Shown: positions 7,679 through 17,159, numbered from the stretch's first letter. The stretch is DNA of 32,592 nucleotides from an uncultured Planctomycetota bacterium (GCA_964470215.1 CAYYCI010000001.1:1-32592), one strand, 5' to 3'. Numbers and translations: made by a program. Notes: generated by a model not told the origin, from the letters alone.

Positions 7679-8629
7679 GTGCGCATCATCTTTTTCGGCA
7701 CTCCCGAATTCGCTCTTCCGGCCCTGTCCGCTCTTCGAGAGGCCGGCCACGAGATCGCGCTGGTCGTCACCCAGCCCGACCGGCCCGCGGGTCGAGGGCG
7801 CAAGCGCCTCGCCTCGCCGGTCAAGGCGTTCGCCCTCGAGCGCGGCCTGGCGGTCCGCCAGCCCGAAGACCCCAACGAGCCGGCTTTCCTCCAGGAGTTG
7901 CGGCGGTCGTCACCCGATTTCATCGTCGTGGCGGCCTATGGGCGGAAGTTGGGCCGCGCCCTGATCGAGGTCCCCGGGTCCGAGTGCCTCAACATCCACC
8001 CATCGCTCCTGCCGCGCCACCGCGGCCCCGCGCCGATTCCCCACGCGATCCTCGCCGGCGACGCCGAGACGGGCGTGACCATCATGAGGATGAGCGAGGA
8101 GATGGACGCCGGGGACATCTTCGCCCAGGAGCGGACGGCCATCGTGCCCGGGGAGACGGCTGGCGACCTCTCGCGGCGGCTGGCACACCTGGGCGCCGAA
8201 CTCCTCGTGGCGACCCTTGCGGCGATTGCCGAGGGGAAGGCAACGCCCCGCCCTCAGGACCACGCGGCGGCCACTTACGCACCTGCGCTCTCGAAGGCCG
8301 ACGGCGCGATTCCCTGGGAGCGCCCCGCGGACTTCCTGGACCGATTCGTCCGGGCGATGCAGCCGTGGCCCGGGGCGTTCACCTTCTGGCTCCGCCCAGA
8401 CAAGGAGCCGTTGCGGATGGTCGTTCGCCGCGCGAGGGCGGCCGAAGGCCGCGCAGTCGAGCCGGGACGCATAGCCAGAGCCCAGGGCGAGACCATGGCG
8501 GTGGAGACCGGCCAAGGTCTCCTTGAACTCCTGGAAGTCCAGCCGGCCGGCAAGAAGGTCATGCCGGCAGCGGAACTCCTCCGCGGCTACCGCCTCGCCC
8601 CGGGTCAACGCCTCGTGTCCTCGCGGTAG
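7679..8629 (+). CDS. fmt: Methionyl-tRNA formyltransferase
   Basis: MRIIFFGTPEFA..., VVTQPDRPAGRG, NIHPSLLPRHRGPAPI, and a C-terminal formyltransferase domain. The track start is TTG 7661. GTG 7679 gives the canonical MRI(I/V)F N-terminus. Confidence 0.9.
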   Translation: MRIIFFGTPEFALPALSALREAGHEIALVVTQPDRPAGRGRKRLASPVKAFALERGLAVRQPEDPNEPAFLQELRRSSPDFIVVAAYGRKLGRALIEVPGSECLNIHPSLLPRHRGPAPIPHAILAGDAETGVTIMRMSEEMDAGDIFAQERTAIVPGETAGDLSRRLAHLGAELLVATLAAIAEGKATPRPQDHAAATYAPALSKADGAIPWERPADFLDRFVRAMQPWPGAFTFWLRPDKEPLRMVVRRARAAEGRAVEPGRIARAQGETMAVETGQGLLELLEVQPAGKKVMPAAELLRGYRLAPGQRLVSSR

Positions 8630-9756
8630 AGCAAAAAGCCCTCGCGCCTGGCCCGGAACTCGCCGAGGTCGGGTTCGAAAGTCGCCTCGATCTCATCGAG
8701 TGGAGCGCCCGCCAGGAGGGCCTCGAGGGTTCGTTGGCACCCGAGGAGCCTTCCGCACTTCTCGGCCTCCCACCGGTCGCGATAGGCCAGGACGAGTTCC
8801 CTGGCGAGCGCCAGCCCCAGGCGAATGGGATTGAGCCGCTGGCGGTCAACCACCACCACTCGGACCCCCGAGCACCTCTGGCCGGCGAAGGTGCTGGCCG
8901 ATGGGACGAAGTCGGCCGGGACGACCCTCGCGCCCTCGATGGCGTAGCGCGCGAGCCGCCCGGCGAGCGCGCGACCATCGAGCCACGGAGCGCCATACTG
9001 CTCAAAGGGGCGCTCGGTGCCCCTGCCCACCGACAGGTTGGTGGTCTCGAGGAAGCCGAGGCCGGAATAGAGCAGCGCCTGGTCAACCGAGCGGATGTTC
9101 GGCGAGGGATTGACCCACGGCAGCGACGTCGCGTCGAACCACATCGCGCGGCCCCAGCCCTCCATCGCCACGACCTCGGGGTCGAGGCCCAGGCCGCGCT
9201 CGGCGGCGAACATCCTGGCCATCTCGCCGACCGTCATGCCGTGGCGGAGGGCCACCGTGTGGTAGCCGACGAACGACTCCGCGCCGCGGTCCAGCACCGG
9301 GCCGTGGATGTCGAGGCCGTCTATGGGGTTCGGCCTGTCCAACACGAAGAAGTCCAGCCCGAGCCGCGCCGCCTCCTCCATCGCGTAGCCCAGGGTCGAG
9401 ACGTAGGTGTAGTGGCGGGTGCCGGAGTCCTGGATGTCGAAGACCAGGGCGTCGAGGCCCTCGAGCATCGCGGGGGTCGGCCGCCTGGTCGCCCCGTAGA
9501 GGCTGTAGAGCGGCAGGCCGGTGGGGGCGTGCACCCCGTCGGGGATCGTGTCGGTCTCCAGCGTGCCCTCGAAGCCGTGTTCGGGGCTGAAGAGGGCGAC
9601 GAGGGTGAACGAGCGGGCCGCGGCGAAAAGCGCCACGTTCGGCGTCCCGTCGCCCGCCAGGCCGGAATGGTTGGTGATGAGGCCCACGCGCCGCCCCGCC
9701 AGGGGCGCGAAGCCTTCGCGGCGAAGAACGTCCAGACCCGCGGCAACTGAAGCCAT
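8605..9756 (-). CDS. DUF1343 family protein (exo-beta-N-acetylmuramidase NamZ-like)
   Basis: GLDVLRREGFAPLAGRRVGLITNHSG, LFSPEHGF, VFDIQDSGTRHYTY, LDRPNP, HGMTVGE. Track ORF 8605..10032 trimmed to ATG 9756, because the upstream 92 codons run through a repeat element. The 3' end overlaps fmt convergently by 25 nt. Confidence 0.8.
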   Translation of the reverse strand: MASVAAGLDVLRREGFAPLAGRRVGLITNHSGLAGDGTPNVALFAAARSFTLVALFSPEHGFEGTLETDTIPDGVHAPTGLPLYSLYGATRRPTPAMLEGLDALVFDIQDSGTRHYTYVSTLGYAMEEAARLGLDFFVLDRPNPIDGLDIHGPVLDRGAESFVGYHTVALRHGMTVGEMARMFAAERGLGLDPEVVAMEGWGRAMWFDATSLPWVNPSPNIRSVDQALLYSGLGFLETTNLSVGRGTERPFEQYGAPWLDGRALAGRLARYAIEGARVVPADFVPSASTFAGQRCSGVRVVVVDRQRLNPIRLGLALARELVLAYRDRWEAEKCGRLLGCQRTLEALLAGAPLDEIEATFEPDLGEFRARREGFLLYREDTRR

Positions 9757-9826
9757 GGCGCACCCAAGGATAGCGGCGGTGGGGAAAATTGCCAGCGAGA
9801 GGAGAGCAGCAGCGAGCGAATCGCCG

Positions 9827-10038
9827 GGACGGTTGGGCTTTGGCACGCTTTTTGCACCGCAATCAATTGGCAGGCGAGAAGGAAAAGAATGTCTTGTCCA
9901 TTCCATTTGGCGCGAAGCGCTCGGTCCGCGGCTTTCTCTAACGACCAGCGGAGCCGGCTGGCCGCCACGGCATTCTTTTCCTTCTCGCCTGCATTGGAAA
10001 GCCACGGTGCACAAAAGCGTGCCAAAGCCCAATCGTGC
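9827..10038. repeat. Palindromic ~212-bp repeat element, copy A (MITE-like; inverted arms 9835-9891 and 9971-10030)
   Basis: The left arm GGGCTTTGGCACGCTTTTTGCACCGCAATCAATTGGCAGGCGAGAAGGAAAAGAATG is an imperfect inverted repeat of the right arm. 54/57 and 58/60 nt are identical to the arms of copy B at 26969-27186. It lies between divergent genes. Confidence 0.8.
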
Positions 10039-10086
10039 CAGCCGTCTGGCGGCAATCTGGGATTACGCTCGAACTCGCCAAGACGT

Positions 10087-10114
10087 TTGACAAAGGAAAT
10101 CTCGGTGGTAAAAT
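10087..10114 (+). promoter_or_regulatory. Sigma70 promoter (TTGACA-16 nt-TAAAAT with TGn extension) for the Gfo/Idh/MocA gene
   Basis: Perfect -35 TTGACA at 10087-10092, TGGTAAAAT at 10106-10114, about 100 nt upstream of ATG 10215, which has GGAGGA SD. Confidence 0.5.
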
Positions 10115-10214
10115 CGCCCGCGCCGTTGGCGAGGGCGCTCGTGCGGCAGAGGGTTTCCGCCGGGCCACGGGGCCGGCGGCTCGCTCCTGAACCACGCGGT
10201 TGGAGGACTGAGGA

Positions 10215-11390
10215 ATGGCGCAAGAGGTCTTGAAGGTCGGGCTGATCGGAGGCGGTGGCGGGGCGTTCATCGTCAACCCCCACCAGAAGGCCATCCACAT
10301 GGACGGCACCCGCAGGGTAGTCTGCGGCGCCCTCCACGAAAACGCCGAATTGGCGATGAAGTACGCGGCCGAGTGGCCCTACCCCATCCAGGGCTACCCC
10401 AGTTACGACGAGATGATCAAGGACCAGGCCCGAAAGCCAAAAAGCGAGCGGGTGGACTACATCCTGATCGTCACGCCCAACTTCGTCCACTACGACCCGG
10501 CGATCAAGTGTCTGCGCGCGGGCATCCCGGTCTTCTGCGAGAAGCCGCTGACGGTGACCTCGAGGCAAGCGGTGCAACTGGCCCGCGAGGTGGAAAAGCG
10601 GAAAATCCCCTTCGGCGTCGCACACACCTACCTGGGCCACTGGACCAGTTGGTTCTCGCGCTGGGTGATCCGCAACAAGAAACTCGGCGAGGTGCGCTGG
10701 GTGGATGCCTACTACCTCCAGGGCTGGCTGGCCACGAAACTCGAGGACACCGGCCAGCAGCAGGCTTCCTGGCGCACCGACCCGAAGCGAGCGGGGGCCA
10801 GTTGCTGCGGCGGCGACATCGGCACCCACGCCTACATGCAACTCCGATTCGTCACAGGCCTCGAGGTCACCGAGGTCCGCGGCATGATCGAGACCTTCCT
10901 CCCGGGCCGACAACTCGACGACCACTTCACCGTCTACTGCAAACTCTCCAACGGCGGCAGGGCGATCGTCCGCGCCAGCCAGATCTGCATCGGCCACAAG
11001 AACGACCTCGGGATCGAGGTCGCCTGTGAAAAGGGCACCCTGGCCTGGCGACAGGAGGACGCCGAGCGGGTGACCATCCACACCCTCGACGGCGTGCAAC
11101 ACGAGTACTGGCGCAACGCCGTGCCTGAGCGCGACCCGGTTCTTGGCAGAGTCCCCAAGTGGCTCCTCGACGAGCCTACCATCCCGTCCGGCCATTGCGA
11201 GGCATTCCACGACGCCTTCGCGAGGCTCCACCGCGAGTTCGAGAAGGACGTCCGCCTCTACAACGCGGGGAAGAAGTTCAAGTGTGACGGCTCGAAGTAT
11301 GCGAACGTCCATGACGGCGTCATGCACATGAAGTTCGTCGAGGCGGCGGTCAAGAGCGCCAAGAACAATTCACGCTGGGTGAAGGTCTGA
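10215..11390 (+). CDS. Gfo/Idh/MocA family NAD(P)-dependent oxidoreductase
   Basis: N-terminal Rossmann motif [11 protein letters not shown], the EKPL motif (FCEKPLT), and a C-terminal alpha/beta domain typical of the family. Confidence 0.85.
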   Translation: MAQEVLKVGLIGGGGGAFIVNPHQKAIHMDGTRRVVCGALHENAELAMKYAAEWPYPIQGYPSYDEMIKDQARKPKSERVDYILIVTPNFVHYDPAIKCLRAGIPVFCEKPLTVTSRQAVQLAREVEKRKIPFGVAHTYLGHWTSWFSRWVIRNKKLGEVRWVDAYYLQGWLATKLEDTGQQQASWRTDPKRAGASCCGGDIGTHAYMQLRFVTGLEVTEVRGMIETFLPGRQLDDHFTVYCKLSNGGRAIVRASQICIGHKNDLGIEVACEKGTLAWRQEDAERVTIHTLDGVQHEYWRNAVPERDPVLGRVPKWLLDEPTIPSGHCEAFHDAFARLHREFEKDVRLYNAGKKFKCDGSKYANVHDGVMHMKFVEAAVKSAKNNSRWVKV

Positions 11391-11413
11391 GCCGCCACCA
11401 CAACAACAGGCAA

Positions 11414-11447
11414 CCGACGCCCGGGCCCCCCCTGCCCCGGGCGTCGG
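11414..11447. terminator. Perfect 12-bp GC hairpin between convergent genes (probable bidirectional terminator)
   Basis: CCGACGCCCGGG (11414-11425) pairs with CCCGGGCGTCGG (11436-11447) around a 10-nt loop. On the minus strand it is followed by the T-rich stretch TTGCCTGTTGTTG. There is no clean U-tract on the plus strand. Confidence 0.55.
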
Positions 11448-11484
11448 TGCGCAGCGAGGCGCCAGTCAGAGGTCGAGGCCGCGT

Positions 11485-13047
11485 TCAGGACTGGTGCTCT
11501 TCGGAGGACCTGAGGGCGAGAGCGCCGGTGGGACAGGCCGCGGCACACTCGGCAGCCACGCGCCGCAGCCCCTCGCTCAACGGCCGCGAGAACGGCGGCG
11601 CGATCACCACCTCGTAGCCACGCCCCAGAAAGGCCATGCCCAATTGCTCCCCCGCCTGGCTCGCGATCTGGACGCACAGGCCACAGCGAATGCACTTCCC
11701 AGGCTCGTAGATGACCTCAGGATGATCTGTCCAGAGTTCGAGGGAGCGGCGTTCGTCCTTGTAGCGAGTGGGCTTCGCGCCATAGGCCGCGGCGTAGCGG
11801 CGGAGTTTGCACGAGACGGGTTTGCGGCAGTCGCAGTGGAGGCAGCGGGCCGCCTCTGCCCTGGCCTCGGCCTCGACGAAGCCATCCCCGGCAGGCTCCA
11901 CACGTGAGCGGCCGTCCGCCAGCGCGACCAGTCGCTGCATCTCCGCATCGCTCAGGCGGCCCATGTGGACGCTGAATTCGCGCTCGGGGCCGGTCGGCTC
12001 CTGGCCCTTGAGGAACTGATCAACCGAGACGGCCGCGACCCGGCCCTCCGCAACGGAGCGGACGGCCATCCTCTTCGGCCTCACGGCGCTGCCCGCCGCG
12101 AAGATGCCGGCAATGGGGGTGGCGAGGCTGCGGCGGTCGGCCTCGATGCCTTCCCTGGCAAGAGGCAATCCGAGCGCCGCGCCCTCGTCGTCTATCACCC
12201 CGCCGACCGCCACGACGACCGCATCGAAGTCCGCGAGGAGTTCCGTCGCATTCTCGATTCGCCGTCCGGTGACGAGCCTCGCGCCCATCCTCTCGACCAG
12301 GGCAATCTCGGAATCGAGCACCTCGGGCGGCAGGCGTTCGGGCGACAGCGCCGAGCGCAGGGTGCCGCCGGCTCTGTCGTTGGCCTCGAAGATGGTCGGC
12401 TCGTGGCCGAGAATGACCAGGTGCCAGGCGGCGGCCAGGCCGGCCGGCCCGGCGCCGACGACCGCCACCCGCTTGCCCGACGGCTCCTTCTTCTGTGGCA
12501 AGGTTGGCTCGTCCCGCGCCAGGTCGGTGTCGGCGGCGAACCGCTTGAGCAGGCAGATCGCCACCGGGGCGTCGTGTTGTCCCCTCCGACAAGCGCGCTC
12601 GCAGGGCGCAGGACAAATGCGGCCGAGGACCGCAGGCAGCGCGATGCGGCGACGGACAGTGGCGACCGCCTGGCGGAACTCGCCACGGGCGATCTGGCGG
12701 ATCATCAGGGGAATGTTCATCCCTGCTGGACAGGCGGCCTGGCACGGGGCGATGCAATCGCCGAGATGGTCGCTGAGGAGGAGTTCGAGGGCCACGCGCC
12801 GCGCCTCCCTGACCTCCTCGCTCGAGGCGTCCACCACCATGCCGTCCTCGGCCTTCGTCGCGCAGGCGGGGACGAGGTTCTCCTTGCCCTCGACCCTGAC
12901 CACACAGACGAAACACGAGGTCAGCGGCTCGCGGCCGTCGGCGTAGCACAGCGTGGGGATTTCGATCCCCACTGACCGGGCCGCCTGGAGGATGGTTGCC
13001 CCGGGTTCGGCTTCCACCGGCTTGCCGTCAATGGTCAGTTTCGGCAT
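11485..13047 (-). CDS. Iron-sulfur flavoprotein: N-terminal 2Fe-2S ferredoxin domain + GltD/NfnB-like FeS and FAD domain (NAD(P)H subdomain apparently missing) + C-terminal 4Fe-4S region
   Basis: CX10CX2CX13C (CYADGREPLTSCFVCVV...PAC). GltD-type block CIAPCQAACPAGMNIP...GRICPAPCERAC. GXGXXG in VAVVGAGPAGLAAA, then GIFAAGSAV. C-terminal CLHCDC and CIRCGLC...CAAACPTGA. Confidence 0.8.
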   Translation of the reverse strand: MPKLTIDGKPVEAEPGATILQAARSVGIEIPTLCYADGREPLTSCFVCVVRVEGKENLVPACATKAEDGMVVDASSEEVREARRVALELLLSDHLGDCIAPCQAACPAGMNIPLMIRQIARGEFRQAVATVRRRIALPAVLGRICPAPCERACRRGQHDAPVAICLLKRFAADTDLARDEPTLPQKKEPSGKRVAVVGAGPAGLAAAWHLVILGHEPTIFEANDRAGGTLRSALSPERLPPEVLDSEIALVERMGARLVTGRRIENATELLADFDAVVVAVGGVIDDEGAALGLPLAREGIEADRRSLATPIAGIFAAGSAVRPKRMAVRSVAEGRVAAVSVDQFLKGQEPTGPEREFSVHMGRLSDAEMQRLVALADGRSRVEPAGDGFVEAEARAEAARCLHCDCRKPVSCKLRRYAAAYGAKPTRYKDERRSLELWTDHPEVIYEPGKCIRCGLCVQIASQAGEQLGMAFLGRGYEVVIAPPFSRPLSEGLRRVAAECAAACPTGALALRSSEEHQS

Positions 13048-13053
13048 TTGTTC

Positions 13054-15435
13054 TCACTCGACCTCGACGGCATCGGTCGGGCAGATGCCCCGACAGGTGC
13101 CGCAGCGGACGCATTTCTCCGGATCGATCTCGTGTTTCTCGTAGGGCCTCATCTCGATTGCGTCGGCTGGGCAGTGCTGGGCGCAGAGCGTGCAGCCGAT
13201 GCATTCGTCGGTGATGTGGTAGGTGATGAGGGCCTTGCACCGGCCGGCCGGGCAGCGGCCCTCGATGTGGGCTTCGTATTCGTGGCGGAAGTAGCGCAAG
13301 GTGGTCAGCACGGGGTTGGGCGCGGTCTTGCCCAGGCCGCAGAGGCTTCCCCGCTTGACCATCAGGGCGAGGCGCTCGAGTTCTTCGAGGTCGCCCTTCC
13401 GCCCCTTGCCCTCACACAGTCGGTTGAGGATGTCGAGCATGCGGCGGGTGCCGATCCGACAAAACGTGCAGCGCCCACACGACTGGTCCTGGGTGAACTG
13501 GAGGAAGTAGCGGGCGATGTCCACCATGCAGTCGTGTTCGTCAAGGACGACGAATCCGCCGGAGCCCATGATGGCCCCGGCCTCGGTGAGCGCCTCGTAG
13601 TCCACGGGGATGTGGCCGAGGGCGGCGGGTATGCACCCGCCGGACGGCCCGCCGATCTGGACCGCCTTGAAGCGCCCTGTGGCGTTTCTGGGCGTGAGCG
13701 CGTGTTGTGGCGGGGCGACGCCCCCGCCGATCTCCTCGACGATCTCGCGGATGGTCGTGCCCATCGGCACCTCGATCAGGCCGCCGCGGGCGACCTTGCC
13801 GGCGAGGGCGAAGACCTTGGTGCCCTTGCTCCTGGCGGTGCCGATTGCGGCGAATGCCTCGGCGCCGTGGCGGATGATCCAGGGCACGAGGGCGAGGGTC
13901 TCGACGTTGTTGACCAGGGTGGGCTTGCCGCGCAGACCGCGCTCGGCCGGATAGGGGGGCCGGAGCCTCGGCATCCCGCGTTTGCCCTCGATGGAGGCCA
14001 GCAGAGCCGTCTCCTCGCCGCAGACGAATGCCCCCGCCCCTTCCATTATCGTCACCTCGAGCGAGAAGCCCGAGCCGAGGATGTTCTGGCCCAGGTAGCC
14101 CCGCTCGCGACACCGCTCGAGCGCCTCGCGCACGCGCCGCACCGCCGGCGGGTATTCCTCGCGGATGTAGAAGTAGCCGCGCGAGGCGCCCACTGCGAAA
14201 GCCGCGATGATCATCCCCTCGATGACCCGGTAGGGATAGGATTCGAGAAGCATGCGGTCCATGAAGGCGCCCGGGTCGCCTTCGTCGCCGTTGCAGACGA
14301 CGAACTTCGGCCCGGCGGGCTGGGAGCGGACGGCCTGCCACTTCAGGCCCGTGGGGTAGCCGGCCCCGCCGCGCCCGCGCAGGCCGCTGCGGCTCACCTC
14401 CTCGATGGCCCCCTCCGGACCGAGCTCCTTGACGACGCGCTCGAGCGCGCAGAAGCCCTCATGGGCGAGATACTCGTCTATGTCCACCGGATCGATCTCG
14501 CCCCAACACTCGGTGGCGATGTGGCGCTGGGGCCCGAGGAAGGACGCGACGGGCGGGTCGCGGACCTCGAGTTGGTAGCGCCTCGCCGGTTGCCGCGCGG
14601 CGTCGGTCAGGAGGTCGTCCAGTGCCCGCACCGTCAGGGCCTTGGCCTTCCGCGCGAGGCCGCGGGGGCGGAAGTGGCGGAGGATGATCGCCTCGGCATC
14701 CTCGGGCTCCACGCGGCCGTAGAGGCCGGCCCGCCGCCCGCGTTGGACGACTTCGACGAGCGGGGTTTGGTCGCACATTCCCACGCACCCGACCCGCTTC
14801 AGGCGCGCCGGCGTACCGAACTTGGCTAGCGCGTTCTCAAGCGCCACGTGGAGACGGCCACTGCCGCGCGCCAGGCAACACGAGTCCAGGCAGATGCGGA
14901 TTTCCGCCTCGGCGGCGCCAGCGCCGGCCTCGTGTTCCGCCCAGCCGCGTCGCTCGCCCGACTCCTCGAGCTCCAGGAAGTCGCGGAGAACCTTGGGCAC
15001 GGTGTCCGGGGTCAGGTGGCCATAGGTGACGCCGTCGATCTGCACCACCGGTGCCAGGGTGCAACAGCCCATGCAAGCGACGCTCTGGACCGTGAAGCGG
15101 CGGTCGGGGTCGGTGTCGTCGCCCTCGGGAATTGCCAGGTGGCGGTGGAAGGCATCGAGGACCAGCGGCGCGCCCTTGACGTGGCAAGCCGTGCCCACAC
15201 ACACCCGCACCATGTGTTCGCCCATCGGCTTGTGGCGAAACTGGGAGTAGAACGTCGAGACCCCGGCGACCGCCGCCGGGCTGATCTCGGTGATCTCGCA
15301 GAGGCGCTCGAGCGCCTCCTGCGGCAGATAGCGATACTCCTTCTGGATGGCCTGGAGGAGCGGGATGAGGGCCTCGGCCGTTCGTCCCAGACGCTCGACC
15401 GCTCTGTCCACCGCGCTCAGGTCAATCTCGCTCAT
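13054..15435 (-). CDS. NuoE-NuoF fusion flavoprotein with C-terminal 2x[4Fe-4S] ferredoxin (HydC+HydB / HoxF-like NADH-binding subunit)
   Basis: NuoE-like CVGTACHVKG...ACMGCCTLAP. Second thioredoxin-like 2Fe-2S CLDSCCLARG...GCVGMCDQTP. NuoF blocks GRGGAGYPTGLKW, CNGDEGDPGAF, SCGRCTFCR, LCGLG. C-terminal CIGCTLCAQHCP and CVRCGTCRGICP. Confidence 0.9.
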   Translation of the reverse strand: MSEIDLSAVDRAVERLGRTAEALIPLLQAIQKEYRYLPQEALERLCEITEISPAAVAGVSTFYSQFRHKPMGEHMVRVCVGTACHVKGAPLVLDAFHRHLAIPEGDDTDPDRRFTVQSVACMGCCTLAPVVQIDGVTYGHLTPDTVPKVLRDFLELEESGERRGWAEHEAGAGAAEAEIRICLDSCCLARGSGRLHVALENALAKFGTPARLKRVGCVGMCDQTPLVEVVQRGRRAGLYGRVEPEDAEAIILRHFRPRGLARKAKALTVRALDDLLTDAARQPARRYQLEVRDPPVASFLGPQRHIATECWGEIDPVDIDEYLAHEGFCALERVVKELGPEGAIEEVSRSGLRGRGGAGYPTGLKWQAVRSQPAGPKFVVCNGDEGDPGAFMDRMLLESYPYRVIEGMIIAAFAVGASRGYFYIREEYPPAVRRVREALERCRERGYLGQNILGSGFSLEVTIMEGAGAFVCGEETALLASIEGKRGMPRLRPPYPAERGLRGKPTLVNNVETLALVPWIIRHGAEAFAAIGTARSKGTKVFALAGKVARGGLIEVPMGTTIREIVEEIGGGVAPPQHALTPRNATGRFKAVQIGGPSGGCIPAALGHIPVDYEALTEAGAIMGSGGFVVLDEHDCMVDIARYFLQFTQDQSCGRCTFCRIGTRRMLDILNRLCEGKGRKGDLEELERLALMVKRGSLCGLGKTAPNPVLTTLRYFRHEYEAHIEGRCPAGRCKALITYHITDECIGCTLCAQHCPADAIEMRPYEKHEIDPEKCVRCGTCRGICPTDAVEVE

Positions 15436-17159
15436 TTCGCGCCGATGCAGAAGAGGTGTTTTTTCCCGCGGACGTAGATTCTCCCGCCGACGAATGCCGG
15501 GGTGGCGCGCACAGGCTCACCGATGGGCGAGCGAGCCAGTTCCTTGAACTTCCGCGCCACCGCCACCACGACCGCCACGCCCTTCTCGGTGAAGACGTAG
15601 AGCCTGTCGCCGACGATGGTCGGCGAGGCCGAACACGGCATCTCGAGTTCCGCATCCCAGACCTTCTCGCCCGTCTTCGCGTCGTAGCAGGTCAGTATGC
15701 CGGTGTTGTCGAGCAGGAAGAGGAGTTTGCCGTCGGTGACCGGGCTACAGGTATCGGGCAGGCCCTCCTCGCCTTTCCACAGGATGTGGGTCTCCGTCAC
15801 ATTGCCCTTGCCGTCGGTTCGGATGGCGGCGGCATAGGAGCCGGAGTTGGCAACGTAGGCCACGCCATCCACACACACTGGCGAGGGCGCAATCTCCCCC
15901 CCGAGAACCTCCGCCCGCCAGACCTCCTTGCCCGTGGCAACCTCGTAGGCCGAGACGAACGGGTCGGAACAACAAATGATCTGTTCGCCCGAGGGTGTCG
16001 GCGCCACGATGGGGGTCATCCAGGTCTGGGGACTCTCGCGCGGGGTCTCCCAGACGGTCTGTCCCGTGCGGGTGTCGAGGGCGATGAGTTTCGACTTGTG
16101 GTCGTCGGGCGCGGCCTGGTCGTACGGGACGATCAGCCGGTCGCGCCAGAGAGCGAGCGAGGAGGCATGGCCGTAGGAGTTGTCGGGCACTCCGAGGTTC
16201 CGCGCCCACGCCCTGCGGCCCTGGAAGTCGAACGCCGCGATGTCGCCCGTGGCGAAGAGCGCATAGACCCGCCGACCGTCGGTCACGGGCGTCGGGGCCG
16301 CGTAGCCAACCGCTTCCATCACCTCGGGAAACTTGGCCGGGCTGCCCGGGATGGGGCGCGGGTCCTTCCGCCAGAGGAGTTGACCGCTCTTGGTCTCGTA
16401 GCAGAAGACCTCGTAGTGTTTCTTGTCCGAGCCCGTCAGGAACAGTCGCTCGCTCCAGACCACCGGCGAACTAGGCGCGGGGAGCGGAATCTCGCTCTTC
16501 CAGACCACGCCCTTGCCCGTCTTGCAGTCCCAGGCCAGCGGATAATTGCCCTGCCTGACCAGCCCAAGGCCGCCCGGCCCCCGGAAGCGCGGCCAGTTCG
16601 CGGCCATCTCTTCGGCCGATGGCCAGGGTGGCGCGGACGGGGCCTTCCGCTGGACGAGCGGCGTGGTCGTCCCGGCGACCAGTCCCGCCGCGACCGCCAG
16701 CAATCCGGCGGCCGTGGTCGCCACGATTCTCCTTGCACGGCGCCAGGCCGGCGCGTCGGGTCCCGTCGGCTCCGGAGCGCCTGTCGGCATCGGCGGACGC
16801 TTGCCCAACTCGCGGGCGACTTTGGCCGAGGCGGCGAAAACCACAAGCCCGACCGCCAGGAGGTAGCGCCCCGTGAGCATGAGCCGCGTCCGCGAGAAAT
16901 AACTCTGGCGCAGGCGCAGGTCGAGGGCGCGAATCTTCTGGCGCAGGTCGTCGTTGGCGCGGTCTTCGCGGAGCGCGAACTTCAGTTTAGCCAGCGCGTC
17001 GGCGTCGCGGATGTCTGCCGCGCGGCTCCTGAGGCTGAACGAGATCATCACCACTGCCACGAAGAGCGAGACCAGCCCGGCGACGGCCGCAGTGGCCACG
17101 GCGGCCTTGCGCCAGGCGGAGAGGTCTCGCAGCTGGGCCTTTGCTTCGGCACCAGTCAT
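15432..17159 (-). CDS. Membrane-anchored PQQ-like (BamB-like) beta-propeller repeat protein
   Basis: Three N-terminal hydrophobic helices, then WPRFRGPGGLG and repeated propeller blades (...LFLTG..., VYALF..., GKEVWR...). ATGA overlaps at both ends (17156-17159, 15432-15435). Confidence 0.8.
   Translation of the reverse strand: MTGAEAKAQLRDLSAWRKAAVATAAVAGLVSLFVAVVMISFSLRSRAADIRDADALAKLKFALREDRANDDLRQKIRALDLRLRQSYFSRTRLMLTGRYLLAVGLVVFAASAKVARELGKRPPMPTGAPEPTGPDAPAWRRARRIVATTAAGLLAVAAGLVAGTTTPLVQRKAPSAPPWPSAEEMAANWPRFRGPGGLGLVRQGNYPLAWDCKTGKGVVWKSEIPLPAPSSPVVWSERLFLTGSDKKHYEVFCYETKSGQLLWRKDPRPIPGSPAKFPEVMEAVGYAAPTPVTDGRRVYALFATGDIAAFDFQGRRAWARNLGVPDNSYGHASSLALWRDRLIVPYDQAAPDDHKSKLIALDTRTGQTVWETPRESPQTWMTPIVAPTPSGEQIICCSDPFVSAYEVATGKEVWRAEVLGGEIAPSPVCVDGVAYVANSGSYAAAIRTDGKGNVTETHILWKGEEGLPDTCSPVTDGKLLFLLDNTGILTCYDAKTGEKVWDAELEMPCSASPTIVGDRLYVFTEKGVAVVVAVARKFKELARSPIGEPVRATPAFVGGRIYVRGKKHLFCIGAK

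Noticed and set aside
9889-10233. 114-aa ORF starting at the ATG of the repeat arm, plus the short inward ORFs of the other arms
   Set aside because: The corresponding ORFs in copy B are in different frames across the shared sequence and have different lengths, so the similarity is at DNA level and not coding.
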